64,000 nt of DNA from a virus. A program made the position numbers and the translations under genes. Positions 36,229 through 45,349 of this stretch are shown piece after piece. A model generated the notes under the pieces. That model worked only from the letters and a program-made list of their open reading frames with translations. It had not been told where the DNA came from and searched no databases. How positions within the stretch are numbered: the stretch's first letter is position 1; the number at the start of each line of letters is the position of its first letter. The DNA is taken from the IMG/VR virus record IMGVR_UViG_3300027747_002460; one strand, 5' to 3'.

Positions 36229-36961
36229 CCCGTTCTCCCCATCGCACTATCTCCCAGCGTCCATCCTCATGCTCAACCAATGCGGTGCAGCTTTCCACCC
36301 AGTCTCCGCAGTTCATGTAGGCAATACCATCCACGTCTCGGATGTTGGCATGATGTATGTGCCCACAGATGATGCCATCGCAGCCATGTGTGCGAGCGTA
36401 GCCGCTGAGATTCTCTTCGTAGTCCCCTATGAAGTTCACAGCCTGCTTGACCTTGTACTTGGCCCAAGCTGACAGGCTCCAAGGTCTCAGTCCCAGCATG
36501 CGCCTTGAGCCACTTACTACCACGTTGAGGCCTATGAGCGCATCATAGGCCCAGCTGCCAAGATGTGCTAGCCACTTGGCATGCTTGATCACCACGTCGA
36601 ACTGATCACCATGCATGACCTTGTAGCGCTTGCCATTGGCACCTCTGTACACGCAGGTATCAACCAAGCGTATGTTGCCAAAGTCGTGATCGCCAAAGCT
36701 GCGCAGGAACTCGTCGTGGTTGCCAGGCAGATATGTGACGTTAGTGCCCTTGCGTGCCTGCCTCAGTATCTTCTGTATGACGTCGTTGTGCACCTGCGGC
36801 CACATGAAGCTCTTGCTCATGGCCCATCCGTCAATGATGTCACCCACTAGAAACAGGTTGTCAGTCTCGAATGTCTTGAAGAAATCTAACAGCGCAGCAG
36901 CGTTGCTCATCTTGGTGCCCAGGTGAACGTCACTGATCCAGACGCTCCTGTACTCCATCAT
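36191..36961 (-). CDS. plcP: PlcP-like phospholipase C (metallophosphoesterase often annotated as UDP-2,3-diacylglucosamine diphosphatase)
   Basis: SDVHLG, LVGDIIDGW, WPQVHNDVIQKILRQARKG, PGNHDE, HGDQFD, AKYKVKQAVNFI, CGHIHH, NCGDWVESCTA; adjacent to an agt-like gene. Confidence 0.8.
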   Translation of the reverse strand: MMEYRSVWISDVHLGTKMSNAAALLDFFKTFETDNLFLVGDIIDGWAMSKSFMWPQVHNDVIQKILRQARKGTNVTYLPGNHDEFLRSFGDHDFGNIRLVDTCVYRGANGKRYKVMHGDQFDVVIKHAKWLAHLGSWAYDALIGLNVVVSGSRRMLGLRPWSLSAWAKYKVKQAVNFIGDYEENLSGYARTHGCDGIICGHIHHANIRDVDGIAYMNCGDWVESCTALVEHEDGRWEIVRWGERDVGPGSVGDTRE

Positions 36962-37986
36962 AGGTTAAACAGAGCCTTCACTGTGTCTAAGCCGTTCAAC
37001 ACTTTCTGTCGATCTGCTTCAGCACGGGCCTTGGCTTCTGCGGTCTCGGCCTTGTCACGCTTCTTGGCATTGACGTCTGTCATGGCTTTCTGTTCGTAGC
37101 GATCCACGAACTTGGCCAAGAAGTCATGCGCATCTGCAAACCCAGCCAGGTCTTTCTTGCCGTACATGTGGTTAAGCTCAAAGCTGCGTGCCAAGCCTTT
37201 CACTGCGTTGACCAGCTTGGCGATCTTGACGTCACTGGGATCGTTGCCACGGAAACGGTTCAGCAAGGTATCCAGCTTGGCAGTGCTGGGCTCTCGTCCA
37301 GTGATCTGCTCATACTCGTTGACAAAGATGTCGTAGATAAAACTTTCTGGATCAGTGCTGATGGTCTTGATCACCGTGTTCTTCTGCTTGCTGAACGGCA
37401 CATGCACATCATCCACGGTCTTGAGCTGCACGCCCGCATGCTGTATGCTCATATCCAACAGCTCGCCCAGCACGCTGAACATGTTACCAGTGAGCAGGCC
37501 TTTGACCCCGCGCTCTGGTGTCACTCTGGCAGCACCCCAGGCCCTTAGCTGAGGTGGGTGCCACATGAAGTCCACCTGCACGTACTGATCGGGTCCTATC
37601 TGGAATATGGGATGGCCTGGCTTGCTCTCGCCCGTGTGTATGTAATCCGGCTGAGTGCTTTTCACGAACTGATCAGCCAGCTGGTTCCAGTGGTTGGTGT
37701 ATTGACCGTAGCTGGCACCCATCACATCTGGCGCTATCATCTGCAGATCGATGTCACCGTAGATCTTGTCTGGATGCTCTTTGCTATCTATCTCATGATA
37801 GGTGCCAGATCCAGTGGGCCGACCCAGCTCTACCTGACCTTGATTCATAGCACTGAGCCAGCGATTGAAGTCTCGCACAAACTGCTGCACCTTGGCCAGC
37901 GTGATCTTGACAGTGGCTGGTTTGATCACCGTGCCCTGTGTTACTGTGGTGTCCCAGCCACCTTCGAGGAGTTCTGTTATGCGCAT
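36958..37986 (-). CDS. Pol-beta-superfamily nucleotidyltransferase-like protein, putative virion-internal
   Basis: PTGSG-x14-GDIDL and VQVDFM; TAAATA box at 37991-37996; N-terminus MRITELLEG. Confidence 0.6.
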   Translation of the reverse strand: MRITELLEGGWDTTVTQGTVIKPATVKITLAKVQQFVRDFNRWLSAMNQGQVELGRPTGSGTYHEIDSKEHPDKIYGDIDLQMIAPDVMGASYGQYTNHWNQLADQFVKSTQPDYIHTGESKPGHPIFQIGPDQYVQVDFMWHPPQLRAWGAARVTPERGVKGLLTGNMFSVLGELLDMSIQHAGVQLKTVDDVHVPFSKQKNTVIKTISTDPESFIYDIFVNEYEQITGREPSTAKLDTLLNRFRGNDPSDVKIAKLVNAVKGLARSFELNHMYGKKDLAGFADAHDFLAKFVDRYEQKAMTDVNAKKRDKAETAEAKARAEADRQKVLNGLDTVKALFNL

Positions 37987-38322
37987 GAGCTATTTACACA
38001 CTGCCCCACTTGAGCAGATCAAACATCGTGGTGTATTCCCAGTGATCAAAGGATGGCGCAAACTCACGGCCCGGCCCAGCATGATGGTCTATCACGCGCC
38101 TTCGCAGTATGCGCTTCAGCCACACGATCTTGCCCAGCTTGATCGGACAGTCTGTGCTGAACGGTGCTTGATCATGCCAATACAACATCTGCACTGGTCG
38201 CCACGCAAACCATGATTCCCATCGCTGGCGTTCTGGCCTGATATAGAATCTATGACCGTAGAGGTTATCTAAATCGTAGCGACTGTAGCAACTTGTCATG
38301 CAGCAGCATAGTGCAGACATGG

Positions 38323-38355
38323 CTAGGGCAGCAATCAATCTGGTTGCTGCCCTAG
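38323..38355. terminator. 12-bp inverted repeat, putative terminator hairpin
   Basis: CTAGGGCAGCAA...TTGCTGCCCTAG just after the 38374 gene. Confidence 0.5.
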
Positions 38356-38373
38356 AATGTTATTAGCCTGCGA

Positions 38374-38715
38374 TTAGATCGCTTCGCGCATGCCCGCACG
38401 CTCTTCCATCTTTTGGATGCGTTCGGAAGTCTTGATCATGGTCTCGAGGTTCTTGGCGCGGATGGCAGCAATGTCCTTGACCTCAGCCACGGTCTCTGCC
38501 TGCGCTACAGCCTTGCCCTCTGCTTTGACAGCTGCCTTGCCTTCGATGAAAGCCAGCGCAGCTTCCTTGGACATGGCCTGCGGCAGCGCCTGCAGCTGGA
38601 TGTCCGTATGTCCATTGCGTGCGAGGACCTTGACGCGATCCATAGAAGTAGCAAAGCGAGCCTTGGTCTCGCCGTTGAGAGTGCTGTAACCAGCGACCGT
38701 GAAAAGCTTTTCCAT
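38374..38715 (-). CDS. Ala/Lys-rich early protein
   Basis: AGGAG RBS, MEKLFTVAGYS...KARFA; follows an early promoter. Confidence 0.7.
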   Translation of the reverse strand: MEKLFTVAGYSTLNGETKARFATSMDRVKVLARNGHTDIQLQALPQAMSKEAALAFIEGKAAVKAEGKAVAQAETVAEVKDIAAIRAKNLETMIKTSERIQKMEERAGMREAI

Positions 38716-38768
38716 GTGTAACTCCTGTGTGTGTTGCGTTGTGTGTGTTTGCTTCAACATGTGTACAA

Positions 38769-38792
38769 TAGCACGGTTATACAGCACGTCAA
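38769..38792 (-). promoter_or_regulatory. Sigma70-like early promoter with upstream A-tracts
   Basis: AAAAAAGTGG-TTGACG-N13-TGCTATTGTAC. Confidence 0.65.
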
Positions 38793-38854
38793 CCACTTTT
38801 TTCCAGTTTTTTCACCAAAGATCTCAGTAATTTAGCCCTAGCTGAACTGCGTTC

Positions 38855-39340
38855 TCAGCCCTTTTTAGCCACAGGGACGTGGTAGATCTCGTCGAAATCC
38901 TCGCCGGGACCCGGGGGTTCCAAGCTGGCGATCATGCTGGTCATGACCCCAGCAGGGATGGTCTTGCCCGCCCGGCCAGCCAAGCGCCGCTCCAATTCTG
39001 CCCCGTCCGGGGTAGGAAAGAACAACGCGATGCGCTCATAGCTCTTGGGCACCTGTCCCAGCTTGCCTCGGCGGGTCTTGGCCGTGAGGTTGGTCTGGTC
39101 CCAGATGATGTCTCGCCGGTCGCGCACGGCCTGCTTCACGGTTTCGCGCAGTGCTGCTGTAGCAGCCTTGATCTCAGTCTCAAAGACTTCGTTATAGGTC
39201 AGGCCCTGCGCAGCTGCCGCAGCTTCTATGTAGTCATCTGTGCTGGCTATCACAGCCTCATGGCTGTGCTCGCGTATCCATGTGCTCTTGCCCGAGCCAG
39301 GAACGCCTATGAGCATGAACAACTTTGGCATGTCATTCAC
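38855..39340 (-). CDS. P-loop kinase, AAA_33 / polynucleotide-kinase-like
   Basis: GVPGSGKSTW, STDD, WDQTN. Confidence 0.85.
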   Translation of the reverse strand: MNDMPKLFMLIGVPGSGKSTWIREHSHEAVIASTDDYIEAAAAAQGLTYNEVFETEIKAATAALRETVKQAVRDRRDIIWDQTNLTAKTRRGKLGQVPKSYERIALFFPTPDGAELERRLAGRAGKTIPAGVMTSMIASLEPPGPGEDFDEIYHVPVAKKG

Positions 39341-39493
39341 CGGTGCGCTGGGTGCGATTGCGCCACATGGCCTGCGGGATGCCCAAGCGCAGTGCCCAGA
39401 GCAGATCCATGACGATTGCCCCGATCACTGCACCCACGAACATGGCTGCTAGAGTGTACATGTCTGTGCTCCTTGTTTGCTTATATCGTACAA

Positions 39494-39517
39494 TAGCACA
39501 GATCAAGTGCCTGTCAA
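39494..39517 (-). promoter_or_regulatory. Sigma70-like early promoter
   Basis: GGTTGACA-N13-TGCTATTGTAC. Confidence 0.65.
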
Positions 39518-39535
39518 CCAAGATTTTCTCACTGA

Positions 39536-39757
39536 TTAGCTCCAACGCAACACCCACATCATGCGAGTTTCGTGGTTGGGAAACCACAGAACCACACCAT
39601 GTCGCTCGGCTCCCAGATCTTGGAGATCAGCTTCCAGCTCTGTTTGATTCTGCATCCAGTAGCCAATATCACCAATTATCACGGTGCTACCAGTCAGAGG
39701 TATCACGCTGCTCTGGGTGACCTCAGGTCCCAGCACCCAACGCTGAGAGCTCGGCAT
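39536..39757 (-). CDS. L-R-W family small protein
   Basis: Ends TRMMWVLRWS. Confidence 0.6.
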   Translation of the reverse strand: MPSSQRWVLGPEVTQSSVIPLTGSTVIIGDIGYWMQNQTELEADLQDLGAERHGVVLWFPNHETRMMWVLRWS

Positions 39758-40380
39758 CAGATTGCGTCCAGCTCTTCTGGAGTGGGTAACCTGTCATTCC
39801 AGACCAGCATCCACATGATGCGATCCTGTTCATATGGTATGATGAGGCTTACGCTCTTGTCATCTGACCACAGATAGAACCCATGGCTGAGATTGCGTTC
39901 ACACCATGCTTCCAATGGACCAAAATATCCAAAGAACAGAGCCTCTTGTATGGCTCGCCCGTTCTTGGCTGTTAACTGTAGCCTGAGGCTATGGTCAGGC
40001 CACTGATCAAAGATCTCTTGCCATGTATTGGTCATGGGGCCAAAGCTCTGCCCACCAGCGCCGCAGAGATTGCCAGGTTTGTCCAGCTCGCCCACTGGGC
40101 CATGCACATGGCCACGCTGCATGGTGTAGCCCATGAGCTCGTGAGCTAGCCAACGGCGCAGCTTGCGTTTGAGGCTGCGCTGCCACCATTGCCAGCCAAC
40201 TGTTCCTGCTATGACACCAAGCTGGATGGCATACATGGCCAGCACACCCCAGTCGATGTTTATGATAAACAGTGGTATCACGATCAGCAATGCGATACCA
40301 AAGGCAGTGGCAGGCCAGGTCCATGGCGGAGCATGCCTTCCGTAGCACTTGTGTAACCATGCTCGCATCGTGCTAACCAT
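39757..40380 (-). CDS. Membrane protein with family-like C-terminal domain
   Basis: Two N-terminal TM segments; AWCERNL core and DRIMWMLVW. Confidence 0.55.
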   Translation of the reverse strand: MVSTMRAWLHKCYGRHAPPWTWPATAFGIALLIVIPLFIINIDWGVLAMYAIQLGVIAGTVGWQWWQRSLKRKLRRWLAHELMGYTMQRGHVHGPVGELDKPGNLCGAGGQSFGPMTNTWQEIFDQWPDHSLRLQLTAKNGRAIQEALFFGYFGPLEAWCERNLSHGFYLWSDDKSVSLIIPYEQDRIMWMLVWNDRLPTPEELDAI

Positions 40381-40505
40381 TAAATAACATCATGGAAACC
40401 TGGGAAGACTGGGAGAAGGTCATAGGCGGCACTGTGCTGGCTATAACCATCTCCGTGGCGGTCACCGTGGACGTGGTGCGCAGCATTTTCTTTCACGAGC
40501 ACTGA

Positions 40506-41570
40506 TCAAAAGTCAATCCAATAGTTGGTCTTGGCCTTGGTGATGCGAGTCAGCACCAGCGTGCCATCCTCGTTGGTGAACTGGAACTTGCCTTCTCTGG
40601 GATCAACCTTGTTGAGGTCGCGCCCATTCCAGCTGTAGGTGACCCAACCGTCCTGCTCACCGGCATCGTCGTAGTCGCGCACCTCCACTTCGATGTCACC
40701 GCCTAGGGGATTGCCGCTCCACTTGCTGTTGTTCTCCACGTCCTTGGCTTCCACTGGAGCATTGTCCACGATCAGCTGCACCATGTACTCGTCGTTGTTG
40801 GCAAACTCCGGCTTGGTGTTCAGCATGCGCATGGCTTCCTGAGCAGTCTCACCATAGCGGTTCATTTCTTCGATCAGTGCTTTGAGCATGTCAAAGTTGA
40901 ACGCGCTGAACAGGCTGGCGATCTTGCACACGCTGTCCTTGTGCTGTGGGCTAGCAAGGTTGTCATCGCAGTATTCCTCGATGAACTCCATGGTCAGACC
41001 AGAGTAGTCCAAGCTGTAGTAGATGCGACCAGGACGATTGCGCATGTGGCTGTCAATTCGCCACTTGTCATTGCAGGTCAGCACAAACAGCGTCTTGCTG
41101 GGAAACACCCCGTCCAACAGCGTCAGCATCTGTTCCTGTGACTCTCTGTCATAGACCTTTTCAAACTCGTCAAACACTACGATGCAGGGCTGCTGGATGT
41201 CTTGGATCAGCTTGTTGAAAGCATCGCCCTTCCAGGGATGGTTGATCACAATGGTAGGGATGCCCTGCTCAGCGCCCTTGATGCTCAGCATCTTGCTCAG
41301 CAGCGTCTTGCCTGAACCCTTCTCGCCCGTGAGCAGCACGCCTGTGGCAGCTGGGCGATCGTTGAAGGTATAGAGTATGCGATCTGCGGTTTTCAGCGTG
41401 TCACCGTAGATCTTCTTGGGGGTGGTGAAAGCATCAATCTCTTCCAAGTAGAGGTTGCCAAACTGGTCAGCCTTGATGATGTAGTTGCCCGCAGGCAACA
41501 CGCTATGCAGATCCATGGCAGCGTTGGCTGCCAATCGCCATGTGTTGCCATTGCGTATGAAATGTGTCAT
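40506..41570 (-). CDS. AAA+ ATPase
   Basis: GEKGSGKT Walker A, VVFDEFEK Walker B, NRPGRIYY. Confidence 0.9.
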   Translation of the reverse strand: MTHFIRNGNTWRLAANAAMDLHSVLPAGNYIIKADQFGNLYLEEIDAFTTPKKIYGDTLKTADRILYTFNDRPAATGVLLTGEKGSGKTLLSKMLSIKGAEQGIPTIVINHPWKGDAFNKLIQDIQQPCIVVFDEFEKVYDRESQEQMLTLLDGVFPSKTLFVLTCNDKWRIDSHMRNRPGRIYYSLDYSGLTMEFIEEYCDDNLASPQHKDSVCKIASLFSAFNFDMLKALIEEMNRYGETAQEAMRMLNTKPEFANNDEYMVQLIVDNAPVEAKDVENNSKWSGNPLGGDIEVEVRDYDDAGEQDGWVTYSWNGRDLNKVDPREGKFQFTNEDGTLVLTRITKAKTNYWIDF

Positions 41571-41780
41571 TGCATCAGTCTCTCTGTTTTGATGGTTGAA
41601 TGTATCACGATAGCGCGGAAATGTCAAGGCACTACTGATGGTTCCATCCCTTGAGATGCAACACCAACAGCCATGCCAGATCTGCTATAACCAAGGCTAC
41701 GATGGCATGCGTCTCATCTAAACCCACGGCGATGGATGCGATAGCGGCTATGATGCCACTCACGATCAGCATGTACCAGC

Positions 41781-42167
41781 TCATTCACGATCCTCCATCC
41801 ACTTGGCCATGTGTTTGCGTATGTTCTCGGCACCGACTGGGTTCATGCTGTGCACGTAATATCCAAACCCGCTGGGTAGTTCCAGATCGTTATCAGCTAC
41901 ATGTTGGCAGAACCACTTGGCAAAATCATAACCATTGAACTCTCGCGGACGCAGCAGAGCGTTACCCAACAATAGGTGATCATCTATAGCGCTAGGTATG
42001 CCTGGTACGGCAGCATAATGCTCAAAGGCTAGATCGTGGTCAAAGCTGATGAAGCGTGGTATGCCATAGTTGGTCACATACCACACCGCATCATGATACC
42101 CGCGGGCAACCACCCAGCTGTTATCGGCTGGGTAACGCTCATCATCTAGGAACAACTTGTAATCCAT
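41781..42167 (-). CDS. Cyclic-phosphate-processing receiver (cREC)-like protein
   Basis: LFLDDERYP, ISFDHDL, GYDFAKW, VHSMNPVGAENI. Confidence 0.75.
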   Translation of the reverse strand: MDYKLFLDDERYPADNSWVVARGYHDAVWYVTNYGIPRFISFDHDLAFEHYAAVPGIPSAIDDHLLLGNALLRPREFNGYDFAKWFCQHVADNDLELPSGFGYYVHSMNPVGAENIRKHMAKWMEDRE

Positions 42168-42168
42168 C

Positions 42169-42627
42169 TCAGAAATCTCCTGGGGCTACCTGCATGACGC
42201 GGACGCCCTGCGCACGTATTGCATCCACGACCTGGTTTCTATCGTCAAACCATAACCATGGTTCACCATGCTCCGCACGGATACGTTCCAATAGCTCGAC
42301 CTTGACGATGCTGTCCTGCCTGTGGTCCCTGTGACCTCTCATGTAGAGATCATCAAAGAAGATACCGTTGGTGTTCAACCATGTGTTGGTCACAGCACGG
42401 CTGTCTTCGCCGCGTCCACTGCAGAGTATTATAGTGTGACCCTGTGCGGCAAAGTTGGTGTTGATCCACTTGATGTCCTCGTACACCGTGTCCAGTGACA
42501 TGCCAGCATTGAACGCAGCCCAGTTCTTGGGCTTGCTGGCCACCCAATGTCGCCGATGCTCTATATTAGCGATGGTTCCATCGATGTCAAACACTATGAT
42601 CTTGGTCATGATCTGCTCCTTGATCAC
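42169..42627 (-). CDS. HAD-family polynucleotide 3'-phosphatase (PNKP phosphatase-like)
   Basis: FDIDGT, SGR, DSIVK, FDDRNQVV. Confidence 0.9.
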   Translation of the reverse strand: MIKEQIMTKIIVFDIDGTIANIEHRRHWVASKPKNWAAFNAGMSLDTVYEDIKWINTNFAAQGHTIILCSGRGEDSRAVTNTWLNTNGIFFDDLYMRGHRDHRQDSIVKVELLERIRAEHGEPWLWFDDRNQVVDAIRAQGVRVMQVAPGDF

Positions 42628-42631
42628 ACGT

Positions 42632-42655
42632 TAGCACAGTTTGATCGGCTGTCAA
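42632..42655 (-). promoter_or_regulatory. Sigma70-like early promoter
   Basis: GGTTGACA-N13-TGCTA. Confidence 0.65.
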
Positions 42656-42820
42656 CCGGATATTTTGTAACAATTGAAAATCGTTCGTGAGGTTTGTTGC
42701 GCCGCAAGATCTTGATTTCTCGTTCAGAATAGTTAAATATAGCTAGCCAGTCATGGCAAATGGTTAACCAGGCCGGTCGCACGGATCCAAAGCGTCCCGC
42801 TCAAACATGAAGGAAATACT

Positions 42821-43468
42821 ATGAAGATCATCACCACAGCATTGGTTGCTCTCCTGGCCTCTGCCAGCATCGCAGCCGCTACTGACCTACCAAACAAGAA
42901 GGCAGCTCCAGCTGCTCCAGTTGCTGCTATTGAAGCTGCTCCAGCAGCTAGCTCAGACAGCATCTCTGCCAGCTATGGCCAAGAGTTTGATCCTGCTGGC
43001 TACACCAGCAAGAAGAACGACACCTACGGCGTGAACTATACTCACACCATGGGCCAGTTCACTCTCGGTGGCGCAGCAAGCACCACACAGGCCAGCGACA
43101 ACAGCCTCAAGCAGACAATCGAAGCACAGGCTGGCTACAAGCTGCCAAGCGTTTACGGTGTGCTCGTGAGTGGCAAGGTTGGCGTCGGTGAGCGTTTCCA
43201 GAGCAGCGGTAACTTTGCTTACTATGCGCTCTATGGCAATGCTGACTACGCATTCAACGACAGCATCACTTGGAATGCGGTACAGTATCGCTATCGCAAT
43301 GCGTTCGACACGTCCAACAGCTTCGAGACGCATCGCATCGGCACTGGCGTGACCTTCAATGTCACCAAGAACATTGGTTTAGCTGCAACCGTCTACCGTG
43401 ACTACGTTAGCGGTTTCAACACTGCTAGCTATAACGGCGTACAGCTTGGTGCTGTTGTTAAGTTCTGA
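42821..43468 (+). CDS. Outer-membrane beta-barrel protein
   Basis: Signal peptide, TDLPNKKAAP mature start, alternating amphipathic strands, terminal Phe (AVVKF); RBS and strong terminator. Confidence 0.8.
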   Translation: MKIITTALVALLASASIAAATDLPNKKAAPAAPVAAIEAAPAASSDSISASYGQEFDPAGYTSKKNDTYGVNYTHTMGQFTLGGAASTTQASDNSLKQTIEAQAGYKLPSVYGVLVSGKVGVGERFQSSGNFAYYALYGNADYAFNDSITWNAVQYRYRNAFDTSNSFETHRIGTGVTFNVTKNIGLAATVYRDYVSGFNTASYNGVQLGAVVKF

Positions 43469-43482
43469 TATCCAACTAGGCG

Positions 43483-43516
43483 AAAAGAACCCGGGAGCAA
43501 TCCCGGGTTTTCTTTT
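43483..43516. terminator. Bidirectional intrinsic terminator
   Basis: AAAAGAACCCGGG...CCCGGGTTTTCTTTT between convergent genes. Confidence 0.85.
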
Positions 43517-43519
43517 GAC

Positions 43520-43777
43520 CTAAATTCCCAGAGTCAGCTGTAGTTCCATCTGCTGTTCAACTGTGAGGTCAGCCCAGAACGTGGTGATTATCCAGCGCCC
43601 ATCCGCATCCCTGTGTCGCACGTTTTCCACGCAGAGATGAAGCTGTCGATCAGCTAGCCAATCAGCCACTTCAGTGAGATCCTGTATGCCTATCCTAAGA
43701 TCACGATGCTCTGCACTGTTGATGAACCGCCAATCATAGTCAGACTTGTACTTGTGCCTGCTGAGTATGATGCGCAT
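43520..43777 (-). CDS. Small hypothetical protein, family-like
   Basis: EVADWL core, ends MELQLTLGI. Confidence 0.5.
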   Translation of the reverse strand: MRIILSRHKYKSDYDWRFINSAEHRDLRIGIQDLTEVADWLADRQLHLCVENVRHRDADGRWIITTFWADLTVEQQMELQLTLGI

Positions 43778-44184
43778 CAGAGTCTGCTGAGCACGCGAGC
43801 CATGTCTGGGTTCATCTTGGCTATGGCATCTGGCCAGCCAATCAGCGCATAACCATCCATCTCAGGTATGAGCCTGCCCTCGTCATCCTCAAACTCACTG
43901 AAACACCAGCAGTCATCCAGCTTGGGCAAACTGGTGGTATGAAAGCGAAACAGTGCTAGATCCTTGTGTGGCTTGTAGTCATGCACACCAAGGTCTTCCA
44001 GCAGGTCAGCGGTCAATCTTATGCCAGTCTCTTCTCTGAGCTCGCGCAGCGCGGTCTGCACATGCGTCTCACCTGGATCCTGTCGGCCCTTGGGTATGTC
44101 CCAGTAGCTTTGGCCAGTTGGATGGCAGATCAACAGCAGATTACCATCTGTTATCAGCACGCCGCAGGTTGTTTTCTTGCTCAT
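43777..44184 (-). CDS. NUDIX hydrolase
   Basis: PKGRQDPGETHVQTALRELREETG Nudix box; TAAATA at 44190-44195. Confidence 0.9.
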   Translation of the reverse strand: MSKKTTCGVLITDGNLLLICHPTGQSYWDIPKGRQDPGETHVQTALRELREETGIRLTADLLEDLGVHDYKPHKDLALFRFHTTSLPKLDDCWCFSEFEDDEGRLIPEMDGYALIGWPDAIAKMNPDMARVLSRL

Positions 44185-44196
44185 GGCCCTATTTAT

Positions 44197-44463
44197 CTAG
44201 GCCCAATGCAGCCAACAGGTCATGGCTGCCACATTATCTTCCAGCAGCACATCCAGCATGTACATGCCCTTTTCCACGCCCAAGGGCTTGACCCTGAACT
44301 TGCCGCCTCGGTAACCTGCCACGCCCACGCCCATGGTACCATCCCAGTGATAGTGCCCACCGTGCTCTTGGTGCAGCCATTCTATGACTTCTGGGATCAC
44401 TGTATAGTCCATGGGTCCGAGGCGAACGATGGGACCACCTGACCACCTGGCAAAATCAGGCAC
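44197..44463 (-). CDS. Small protein, W-terminal family
   Basis: VIEWL core, ends AAMTCWLHWA. Confidence 0.55.
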   Translation of the reverse strand: MPDFARWSGGPIVRLGPMDYTVIPEVIEWLHQEHGGHYHWDGTMGVGVAGYRGGKFRVKPLGVEKGMYMLDVLLEDNVAAMTCWLHWA

Positions 44464-44671
44464 GCTTGCTCTCGATACGAGCGATAATCATGAAGTTTAT
44501 CCACTGCATGGCCAACCATGTCCAAAAGTTCATGGGAATGTTCAGCTGAGGGAACAGGGTGTTCAGGCTCCATATGGTCATGAATGGTGTGAATATAGCA
44601 GCTAGGATCAGTATGATCGCTACCAGCAACATTGTGTCTGCGCCAACCTTGGCTCCGGTGCTCATACCCAT
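44456..44671 (-). CDS. Small membrane protein
   Basis: Hydrophobic; IWSLNTLFP. Confidence 0.55.
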   Translation of the reverse strand: MGMSTGAKVGADTMLLVAIILILAAIFTPFMTIWSLNTLFPQLNIPMNFWTWLAMQWINFMIIARIESKRA

Positions 44672-45349
44672 TCCTCCGCGATGCCGATCAGTTCTGCCAG
44701 CAGCAGACCGCAGGCTAGTATGAGCGTGCCATCTGGCAGATCCAGCAGCACTCCGAGGCAGGCTGCGATGCGAGCTGCGCTCTTGGTGTAGCTTAATCTA
44801 GTGTGCCAAGTTCTGTACTTGGTCTCAAAGTCCTCGGGTCGTGGCACGCGGCTTTCCTTTCAGTTCAAGAATCCAGTCTCTGAAGATCATCCAGGGAAGG
44901 CATGCGATGCAGACTGCGTAGAGCAGTATCACGAATCCCACCATCCAGAGCTCTTCCTTTAGGTCGATTCGCTGCATAGTATCTCCTTGATGCGAGCCTC
45001 CAGCACCGCTATCGCGGTGTGTATGTGCCCGGTGTCATGCGGCTGCAGGCGCGCCCTGAGTATTGCTATCTCCAGCTCTAACGCCTTGACATGATCATGA
45101 TCCAATGTGAGCTCCTGCCATCATGATTTCTTCGAAAGTAAACTGATCATCAGTAAGCACGCCGTTGACCCAATTCATCCCAGCTTCTACCACGTATAGA
45201 TAGCTGTAGCCTTGGAATGATCGCCTAGCCCAAGGCACGCCGTCTATGTTGAAATCTACCATGCAGTAGCCTTCCTTGCCCGGAGGCGCAGCTATCTCGT
45301 GGATTTCGTAGTCCTTCATAGTGCTAGGATAATGCTTTCTGCTGCATTG

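Noticed and set aside
36191-36961. LpxH lipid A enzyme
   Set aside because: The sequence pattern and agt-like neighbour fit PlcP; the LpxH label is a common generic annotation for this fold.
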